Shown here: positions 1-6,242 of the stretch, piece after piece
How the letters are laid out: each line of letters starts with the position of its first letter
Numbering within the stretch: position 1 is the first letter of the stretch
Origin: an uncultured Gammaproteobacteria bacterium
GTDB taxonomy: Bacteria; Patescibacteriota; Patescibacteriia; UBA2591; UBA6264
Reading direction: 5' to 3'
Assembly: GCA_964531505.1 (NCBI GenBank)
Contig: CAZHDT010000001.1
Span: forward strand, 1 to 44,579
Length of the DNA: 44,579 nt
The notes under the pieces: model-generated
Database searches by the model: none
The model's input: only the letters and a program-made list of their open reading frames with translations
Told to the model about the DNA's origin: nothing
Program-made: the position numbers and the translations under genes

Positions 1-292
1 AAAATTAATTCTTAGGAATAAATATTTGCGTGGCGTTCAAATTCAATAAAAAAGTAATTAAAAGGGGACAGTCCCCGAAAAATACCTCTCGCAAACCTGC
101 TTCCAGCTAAGATTTCCGAGCGGTTTTTAAAAAATAGTCGAATATCGACTACTCTTTAAAAAAAGCGTCAATTATTTTTTTGTAATGGAAAAAGGTGTTA
201 GGTATATTTCGTTTTAATACCCCATTTATTTTTTTAAAAGGGGACTACTCCCAAATTTATTTCACAAATAAAATTAAATTAATAATACAAAT

Positions 293-442
293 ATGAAAAA
301 AAGCAATTGGCTAGGATTTTTGGGTTTTCTTGGTTTTTTGGGAAAATATAATGCATGGAATTATTTAAATTTTCTTCACTTTCTTAATTTTCTCCATTTT
401 ATAAGATTTTTTTATTCCCAAGAGAATCTAAAAAATAAATAA
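293..442 (+). CDS. Possible 49-aa hydrophobic repeat peptide (below ORF-track cutoff)
   Basis: ATG 293, TAA 440-442. Translation: MKKSNWLGFLGFLGFLGKYNAWNYLNFLHFLNFLHFIRFFYSQENLKNK. Built on in-frame tandem DNA repeats (9-bp units 314-343, 18-bp unit 368-400). AATAAT lies 6 nt upstream of the ATG. Two hairpins follow. No SD. Confidence 0.3.
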   Translation: MKKSNWLGFLGFLGFLGKYNAWNYLNFLHFLNFLHFIRFFYSQENLKNK

Positions 443-475
443 AATTTTAAAAAAAGAGACTGTCTCTGAATTTTT

Positions 476-498
476 CAAGGCCATCAGGCCTTGTTTTA
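476..498 (+). terminator. Rho-independent terminator-like hairpin
   Basis: caaggcc-atca-ggccttg: 7-bp stem, 4-nt loop, followed by tttt. Confidence 0.55.
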
Positions 499-499
499 G

Positions 500-509
500 T
501 TATCCACAG
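500..509. promoter_or_regulatory. Perfect DnaA-box-like 10-mer TTATCCACAG (= CTGTGGATAA), 7 nt upstream of the lexA -35
   Basis: Exact string. The same 10-mer occurs at 9415-9424, 31094-31103 and 31126-31135, always in intergenic DNA. Confidence 0.45.
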
Positions 510-516
510 TCTATAT

Positions 517-545
517 TTGACAACTTAATATTATTTCAGTATAAT
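517..545 (+). promoter_or_regulatory. Consensus sigma70-type promoter of lexA
   Basis: TTGACA 517-522, 17-bp spacer, TATAAT 540-545. lexA ATG at 572. Confidence 0.65.
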
Positions 546-571
546 ATGAATGTTAGGTAAACAACAAAATT

Positions 572-1216
572 ATGGAAATATTAACCCCAAAACAAGAAAT
601 AATACTACAAGCCATTAAAAAGTTTTTTTCTGAAAATAGAAAAATGCCCACAATAAGAGAATTAAAAGAAGAAAGCGCTAAATTAGGATTGAGATTTAAG
701 AGCTTGCGAAGCGTGTTTTTATATCTTAACGTGTTAGAAAAAAAAGGATTTATAAAAAGGGTTTCTCGAGATAGGGGAATTGAATTAAAAAATCATGCTG
801 TAAATAATTTTATTAATGTACCTGTTTTAGGCATGGTCAATGCCGGTAGCCCAACTTTTTTTGCAGAACAAAATATAGAGGGTTATTTAAAGGTTTCTAG
901 GGCGTTATTAAAAAATAGAGAGGTTTTTGCTGTTAGGGTTTTTGGCGATTCTATGAATTTAGCCAAAATAAATGGGAAAAAAATTAAAGAAGATGATTTA
1001 ATTCTTGTTGATTATCAAGTTAAAAATTTTAACAATGGTGATAAAGTTCTGACCATTATTGATGGATTGGCCACAGTAAAGATATTTAAAAAAATAAACA
1101 AAAAAATGATTGGATTGTTTCCTGAATCGACAAACAAAAAGCATCAGCCAATTTATCTAACACCATCTGACGATTTTATCATCAATGGCAAAGTAATAGA
1201 TGTTTTGGGAGCTTAA
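572..1216 (+). CDS. lexA: LexA-type SOS repressor (winged-HTH plus S24 autopeptidase)
   Basis: N-terminal LTPKQ..IL..I / PTIRE..../ LE.KGFIKR. Ala-Gly cleavage site in VNAGSP. Ser nucleophile in GDSM. Lys in ATVKIF. Confidence 0.85.
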   Translation: MEILTPKQEIILQAIKKFFSENRKMPTIRELKEESAKLGLRFKSLRSVFLYLNVLEKKGFIKRVSRDRGIELKNHAVNNFINVPVLGMVNAGSPTFFAEQNIEGYLKVSRALLKNREVFAVRVFGDSMNLAKINGKKIKEDDLILVDYQVKNFNNGDKVLTIIDGLATVKIFKKINKKMIGLFPESTNKKHQPIYLTPSDDFIINGKVIDVLGA

Positions 1217-1297
1217 AAATTTGTTCGAAAAGAAATAGCCCGTTTAAATATAATTTGATATAATAATTAACGTGAGCAAGTCTGATAAAAATAAATT

Positions 1298-2104
1298 ATG
1301 ATTAAGGCATATTTTAAAAGAAATAATTTTACTTTATACCACAATGATTGCTTAAAAATTTTAGAGGCGATTCCTGAAAATTCAGTTGATATGATTTTTG
1401 CCGATCCCCCTTATTTTCTTTCTAATGGAGGCTTTACTTGTAAAAATGGCAGAATGGTCAGTGTTGATAAGGGAAAATGGGATGTAACGAATGGCTTAAA
1501 AAAAGATTTTGAATTTCATTTAGAATGGATAATGGCCTGCCATAGAGTTTTAAAACCAGGCGGTACGATTTGGATTTCTGGGACATATCACTCAATTTAT
1601 CAGTGCGGTTTTGCCCTGCAGGTGAATAAGTTTCATATTTTGAATGATATTGCCTGGTTTAAACCCAATGCTTCGCCAAATTTAAGCTGCCGTTTTTTTA
1701 CAGCTAGTCATGAGACTTTGATTTGGGCAAGGAAAGACAAAAAAGAAAAACACATTTTTAATTATGATTTAATGAAAAATGGCATGTGGCCGGAAGATGC
1801 TCTAAAAAAGCCGGGACTTCAAATGCGCTCTGTTTGGTCAATAGGCACCCCAAAGCCAATTGAAAAGAAATTTGGCAAACACCCAACACAAAAACCAGAG
1901 GATTTATTAAAACGTATCGTGCTTGCAAGTACCAATAAAGGCGACTTGATAATTGATCCATTTACTGGAAGCTCAACAACGGGAATTATTGCTCATCTTC
2001 TAGGGCGAAAATTTATAGGGATTGATATGGATAAAAAATATCTTGTTTTATCAAAAAAACGATTTGAAGAATTAAATAAAAATTTAAAAAGTAAATATTC
2101 TTAA
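1298..2104 (+). CDS. Type II DNA methyltransferase, beta-class (N6-adenine or N4-cytosine)
   Basis: Catalytic motif IV DPPY near the N-terminus (FADPPYF). SAM motif I DPFTGSSTTG near the C-terminus. This IV-before-I order defines the beta class. Confidence 0.9.
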   Translation: MIKAYFKRNNFTLYHNDCLKILEAIPENSVDMIFADPPYFLSNGGFTCKNGRMVSVDKGKWDVTNGLKKDFEFHLEWIMACHRVLKPGGTIWISGTYHSIYQCGFALQVNKFHILNDIAWFKPNASPNLSCRFFTASHETLIWARKDKKEKHIFNYDLMKNGMWPEDALKKPGLQMRSVWSIGTPKPIEKKFGKHPTQKPEDLLKRIVLASTNKGDLIIDPFTGSSTTGIIAHLLGRKFIGIDMDKKYLVLSKKRFEELNKNLKSKYS

Positions 2105-2122
2105 AAATAATAAATTAATTTT

Positions 2123-2647
2123 ATGAAAAAAGGTGGAGTAGGTGGGACAAATACAAAAACAGGACTTTATTTTGAAGGCAAAGTCGATTTTCTAGATTTT
2201 ATAAAATTACAGAAAAATTATACCGTTAAAGGAAATACAATTTTTTATAATGAGAAAAAAGTGGGGTTGTCTTTTAAAAAACATGGGTTATATAGATATT
2301 TGGAAAAAGAGGGTACGGATTATAAAGAATTTATTTCTAAAAAAATTTTGCCCGATGATGTGATATTTGTTATCACTAGTAATACTTTCTTTATTATCGA
2401 AATAAAGTTCCAAGAAGTTGCGGGTTCTACTGATGAAAAATTGCAAACTTGCGATTTTAAGATTAAGCAATACAGAAAACTATTGTCGCGCTTGAATGTA
2501 GAAGTACAATATATTTATATTTTAAATGATTGGTTTAAAGATCCGGGATATAAAGATGTCCTCGATTATATTATCTCAATAAATGGCTGTTCATATTATT
2601 TTAATTATCTACCGTTGCAGAAAATAGGATTACCTATGCCTAAATGA
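2123..2647 (+). CDS. Putative cognate type II restriction endonuclease (PD-(D/E)XK)
   Basis: Starts 19 nt after the methyltransferase stop. Literal PD...EIK motif (LPDDVIFVITSNTFFIIEIKFQ). Small size (174 aa) and no other family signature I recognise. Confidence 0.55.
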   Translation: MKKGGVGGTNTKTGLYFEGKVDFLDFIKLQKNYTVKGNTIFYNEKKVGLSFKKHGLYRYLEKEGTDYKEFISKKILPDDVIFVITSNTFFIIEIKFQEVAGSTDEKLQTCDFKIKQYRKLLSRLNVEVQYIYILNDWFKDPGYKDVLDYIISINGCSYYFNYLPLQKIGLPMPK

Positions 2648-2925
2648 AAAAGTCTAAAAATTAATTAATTTAACAGAGACTAGTCTATAAACAATTTAAC
2701 TGAAATAAAATCGTCTAAAAATGAAGTGATGAAGATAATCGATAATGATACGTTTAATTTTTCTAAAACGGTCTATTTAAAATTAAAAGTTGATGACCAC
2801 TATTCCTAATTTGTTAATTTCAGTACAGAGATGATATTTAAAGATTATTTAATGGAGTATTTTTTGCTTATCATTTAATAAAGATATTGATATTATTTAA
2901 ATATAATTTATTTTTAAATAGATTT

Positions 2926-3087
2926 ATGCCTAATGAGATAACGCCATCTGCTTCCAATAAAAATTTTGAGAGTATTAAAAAAGTTGATAAAAATGAAATT
3001 GAATATTGGAAAGCTCATGAATTGTGGATAACCATTTTCACCACCAATTTGATATTCAAATATTATTGTGATAATATGATTGTATGA
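2926..3087 (+). pseudogene. 5' fragment of a dinD-like gene (first ~35 codons, then out-of-family tail)
   Basis: MPNEITPSASNKNFESIKKVDKNEIEYWKAHELW resembles the E. coli DinD N-terminus (..PFEEIKLINANGAEQWSARQLG..). The internal ATG at 2926 is preferred to the TTG at 2887. Its TGA stop overlaps the next ATG (ATGA at 3084-3087). Confidence 0.45.
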
Positions 3088-3611
3088 TATATTATTCTGC
3101 CAGGAAAATTTTTAAAAAATTAGGGTATAGCCGTTGGCAAAAATTTGAGAGATTAATTCAAAGATCTTTGAATTTGATAAAAAATAGTTTAAAGGAAGGT
3201 TGTATCAAAAAAACAAAAATAGAAGTTTTTATCGGCAGCGGGGCTAAAAGAAAAATCATAGATTATTTATTAGACAAAAAAGCATTTAATCTTGTATGTG
3301 AAATGGCTCAGAGTTATAAATTGAATAAATCTCATTTATTACGGAACGAAACACTTATTTTGTCTCAACTAAAAAAATATTGTGATTTAAAAAAAATAAA
3401 ATTTGAATTTCAGTATCAATTAGGAAAATATTTTTTTGATTGTAAAATTAGAAATATTTTAATTGAATTTGATGAACCGCACCATGAAGAAAAGAAAGTT
3501 TTGATCAATGATAAAAAAAAGAATAAAATAGCGAAAGAAAGTCATTATAAACTCTTAAGATTCACATTAAAAGACGATATCATTGATATTATTTATAAAG
3601 TGTTTAGTTGA
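3084..3611 (+). CDS. DinD N-terminal domain fused to a DUF559/Vsr-like endonuclease module
   Basis: Residues 1-95 (YSARKIFKKLGYS...IGSGAKRKIIDYLL...LLRNE) parallel E. coli DinD residues ~24-150. The C-terminal part FEFQYQLGKYFFDC...ILIEFDEPHH...D..K......YKLLRF fits the DUF559 pattern F..Q...G.Y..D....E.D...H...D.R...L...G...LRF. Confidence 0.55.
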   Translation: MIYYSARKIFKKLGYSRWQKFERLIQRSLNLIKNSLKEGCIKKTKIEVFIGSGAKRKIIDYLLDKKAFNLVCEMAQSYKLNKSHLLRNETLILSQLKKYCDLKKIKFEFQYQLGKYFFDCKIRNILIEFDEPHHEEKKVLINDKKKNKIAKESHYKLLRFTLKDDIIDIIYKVFS

Positions 3612-3633
3612 TTTTAAAAAATAAAATAAAAAA

Positions 3634-4074
3634 ATGAAAAAAATTGCTATTTCAGACGAAAAGTTTTTTTCTGTGGCCAAACAAGCCGGTGTTACTAAAT
3701 TCGGGTTATTTAATGACGCTGGATATAGAGGTCTTTATGGCATGCCCCTATCAGGTGTTGAACGGAAGAAAGGAATAAAAAAGAGAGAATTATTAGATAG
3801 GGCTGGTTCTACTGAATTGGCGGCTAATTTATTTCGCATTACCCAAACCGACGAAAAGTTGAGAAAGGATAAAATAAAAGGGGATTATTCAGCCTCTCAA
3901 ACTCATTTTATGGTTGGAGGAAAGGTAAGACAAACTATTAAAGAAATTGGCGGGACAACTCCAGAACATCTACCTACAGAAAAACACATCAAAGAAGTAA
4001 AAAAAGAAATAAAAAAATTGGAGAATATAAAAAATAAAAAGATTGAAGTTAATAATAAAATTAAGTCTTTGTAG
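3634..4074 (+). CDS. dinD: DinD (DNA-damage-inducible protein D) C-terminal half as a separate ORF
   Basis: AKQAGV...F..F.NDAGYRGLYG, GSTELAANLFRITQTDEKL and HFMVGGKVRQTIKEIGGTTPEHLP closely parallel E. coli DinD (GYQGLYGG, GSTELAANLFRATQTEEKL, HFDVGRKVRQTIQELGGTMPEELP). Confidence 0.7.
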   Translation: MKKIAISDEKFFSVAKQAGVTKFGLFNDAGYRGLYGMPLSGVERKKGIKKRELLDRAGSTELAANLFRITQTDEKLRKDKIKGDYSASQTHFMVGGKVRQTIKEIGGTTPEHLPTEKHIKEVKKEIKKLENIKNKKIEVNNKIKSL

Positions 4075-4170
4075 TTAAATCAGGTATGTAAATATACTCA
4101 TTTGATTGCTGAATAACAGTTCTAACATCCCGCCAGAGGCGGACAGGCCGTTCACGATCTGGAGCCAATG

Positions 4171-4233
4171 TAATGGAAATGCATAGGTTTGACATAATTT
4201 TACAGCTGATATATAATGGAAATGCATAGGTTT
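4171..4233 (+). promoter_or_regulatory. Consensus promoter flanked and overlapped by two exact 20-bp direct repeats (candidate operators)
   Basis: TAATGGAAATGCATAGGTTT at 4171-4190 and 4214-4233. TTGACA 4189-4194, 17-bp spacer, TATAAT 4212-4217. The downstream ATG is at 4246. Confidence 0.65.
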
Positions 4234-4245
4234 AAATAAATATAT

Positions 4246-4977
4246 ATGAACTCAGAGTTAATAACAATTGGGCAAGTGTCTAAAATGATTGGGGTTTCTA
4301 TTGATACCTTACGTCGTTGGGACAAAGAGGGAAAGTTATCACCGATTCGCAGAAAAAAGGAAACAGGATATAGATATTATAAAAAAAAAGATATTGAAAG
4401 TTATAATGTGAAAAATCTGTTTAGGTTAGCAAGGTTTTGGATTGAGGATGACTCTGGCTTCGAGCCTCTCCACGATTTTTATTGTCCTGACAGTTCTGTG
4501 TTTAATGCGTGGATAAAAAGGATGGAAAATGAATTAGGAAGAGTAAAGGGATTAAATTTAATATTCCCTTTAATTTCAGCCATTGCTGCTGAAATTGGCG
4601 ATAATTCTTTCAATCATAATTTAGGCAACTGGCCGGATATTCCTGGCATAATTTTTGCATATAATTTAAATAAAAGAATAGTAGTTTTAGCGGATAGAGG
4701 GCGAGGTATATTAACAACCTTGAGAAACGTTGAACCGAATTTGGCAAATCACCAAGATGCTTTATATGTTGCTTTTACAAAACTTATTTCAGGGCGCCCG
4801 GGAGAATCAAGAGGAAATGGATTGAAATTTGTAAAGGATGTTGTGATGAAGAATGAAATAGGCTTATTTTTTCAAACGGGTGATGCATATTTTGAAATTA
4901 AAAAAAAGAATCCTAATTTCAAAATAAAAAAATCAAAGATTAATTTTCATGGATGTTTAGCTTTAATTAAATTTTAA
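4246..4977 (+). CDS. MerR-type HTH fused to a small GHKL (RsbW/SpoIIAB-like) ATPase/kinase domain
   Basis: N-terminus ITIGQVSKMIGVSIDTLRRWDKEGKL..R....GYRYY (MerR HTH). N-box-like AAEIGDNSFNH, G1-like LADRGRGI, G2-like SRGNGLKFV. Confidence 0.7.
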   Translation: MNSELITIGQVSKMIGVSIDTLRRWDKEGKLSPIRRKKETGYRYYKKKDIESYNVKNLFRLARFWIEDDSGFEPLHDFYCPDSSVFNAWIKRMENELGRVKGLNLIFPLISAIAAEIGDNSFNHNLGNWPDIPGIIFAYNLNKRIVVLADRGRGILTTLRNVEPNLANHQDALYVAFTKLISGRPGESRGNGLKFVKDVVMKNEIGLFFQTGDAYFEIKKKNPNFKIKKSKINFHGCLALIKF

Positions 4978-4984
4978 TAAACGT

Positions 4985-5425
4985 ATGATTATAGAGTTAA
5001 AAAAATTTGGAACAACCTTAGTTAGTAGGCAATTTGGAAAAGAATCTTTTGCTGCTTTTTTGCCGTCTTTAAAAAGAGTTCAAGACGACGAGATGGTTGA
5101 AGTTGATTTTTTAGGGGTTGTAACTTTTACGCCTTCTTGGGGTGATGAGTTTTTAGGTCCCTTGCTTAATAAATTTAAAGATAAGTTAGTATTAAAAAAT
5201 ACTGAAAATTTATCAGTTCAGGCGACATTATACTTATTGGAAAAAATTTATAAAAATAAATTTAAAGTAAAAAAAGAGATACGGAAAGCTGGTGTTTTAT
5301 GTGAGGGTAAAAATGCGACGTTTATAAACTGTGAAGGCGTTGGTCCTGATGCGGGAATGATAGACAAAGGGGAAAATACAACTTCGATAGATTCAAAATG
5401 GAGGGCTACTAGAAGAAATAAATAA
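4985..5425 (+). CDS. STAS-like (DUF4325-type) protein with a basic C-terminal tail
   Basis: Starts 7 nt after the GHKL gene. N-terminal ~95 aa (LVSRQFGKESFAAF...VEVDFLGVVTFTPSWGDEFLGPL) match my recollection of the DUF4325 STAS-like family, which typically partners with such ATPases. Confidence 0.55.
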   Translation: MIIELKKFGTTLVSRQFGKESFAAFLPSLKRVQDDEMVEVDFLGVVTFTPSWGDEFLGPLLNKFKDKLVLKNTENLSVQATLYLLEKIYKNKFKVKKEIRKAGVLCEGKNATFINCEGVGPDAGMIDKGENTTSIDSKWRATRRNK

Positions 5426-5594
5426 ATTATTAGATTAAATATCTCGGGTGAATGAAGATTATTTGGATATCCAGGTTCCTGCCTCGTCCCGTCGCCTGAG
5501 CGATTTTTTTTAATACCTCAGAATTTTATGTATTATACATATATATTATGGGGCTTAAAATCTAAAAATTAATATTTGCGTTATCAAAAAAAAT

Positions 5595-6182
5595 ATGAAA
5601 AAATTATCTCAAAGAGGATTTTCAGTAATAATATTAACAGTAGTCATTATTTTAGTAATTACTGGCGTAGGCATTGTAGTTTGGAAACAAGGGTGGATAT
5701 CAAAAACTCCTGTAGTGACAGGAAATTCGATATCTATCCCGATTTTGGACGAAACCGCTAATTGGGAAACTTTCGTTTCTATTAATAATGGTGTCACATT
5801 TCTTTATCCAGAAAATTTATCAACTAGCTACATCAGTCCTCAAGGATGGCCACCAGAGCTATTGATAATAGATGACGCTGGATTTTCATGCGAAGAAGGC
5901 GGACTCGGGATTGATGGGCGTCCCGGCATGACCGTACAAAAGCAAATCAATAATATTATTTATTGCATTAATAGCGTCAGCGAGGGAGCTGATGGAACTT
6001 TTTATACGAATTATACTTATACATTTATAAAAGATTTAAAACTGGTTAAACTTAGTTTTACTTTAGCATATCCACAATGCGAAAATTATAATGATCCACA
6101 AAAGACAGAATGCGAGGAGGAATACCAGATTTTTGATTTAGATACGTTAATCAATCATGTTGCAGAAAGTATACAATTTTAA
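5595..6182 (+). CDS. Secreted or membrane-anchored Cys-containing protein with a pilin-like N-terminus
   Basis: MKKLSQRGFSVIILTVVIILVI resembles a class III (prepilin) signal, G|FS followed by a hydrophobic helix, but lacks Glu5. The rest has no recognisable family. Confidence 0.55.
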   Translation: MKKLSQRGFSVIILTVVIILVITGVGIVVWKQGWISKTPVVTGNSISIPILDETANWETFVSINNGVTFLYPENLSTSYISPQGWPPELLIIDDAGFSCEEGGLGIDGRPGMTVQKQINNIIYCINSVSEGADGTFYTNYTYTFIKDLKLVKLSFTLAYPQCENYNDPQKTECEEEYQIFDLDTLINHVAESIQF

Positions 6183-6227
6183 AAATATGTTTTTAAAGGT
6201 GGGATTATTCACGAGTTTTTTTAGTTG

Positions 6228-6236
6228 TGGTATAAT
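6228..6236 (+). promoter_or_regulatory. Extended -10 element (TGGTATAAT) 6 nt upstream of the tspO ATG (leaderless geometry)
   Basis: TGgTATAAT at 6228-6236, spacer agaatt, ATG at 6243. Confidence 0.5.
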
Positions 6237-6242
6237 AGAATT

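Noticed and set aside
314-400. CRISPR array or other spacer-repeat structure
   Set aside because: The repeats are 9-18 bp tandem units with no spacers. No repeat-spacer periodicity of 25-40 bp and no cas genes occur anywhere in the window.
1-571. Replication origin (570-bp AT-rich non-coding region containing a perfect DnaA box)
   Set aside because: There is only one box in this region, no cluster of boxes, no dnaA/dnaN nearby, and no obvious DUE repeats. The box has a better explanation as a promoter-proximal element, because the same geometry occurs at 9379-9424.
1758-1961. Antisense or alternate-frame ORFs inside well-supported genes. On the minus strand: 1758-1961, 2288-2470, 5609-5797, 8059-8337, 8779-9003, 10818-11003, 11250-11486, 14555-14809, 15280-15576, 23127-23411, 23374-23556, 25786-26025, 28202-28438, 29252-29482. 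On the plus strand: 5576-5761, 22016-22306, 24271-24516, 25835-26041.
   Set aside because: Each lies within or against a gene with clear family motifs on the other strand or frame. Their translations are low-complexity (K/F/I/L/N-rich), with no motifs and no start context. Stop-poor shadow frames are expected in AT-rich coding DNA.
17-5581. 14/15 direct repeat (aataaatatttgcgt at 17-31, aattaatatttgcgt at 5567-5581) as att-like boundaries of the accessory island
   Set aside because: A back-of-envelope estimate for a ~30% GC, 44-kb sequence gives hundreds of chance 11-15-mer matches of this quality. No integrase or recombinase gene lies between them. Its position is suggestive but it is not statistically supportable.
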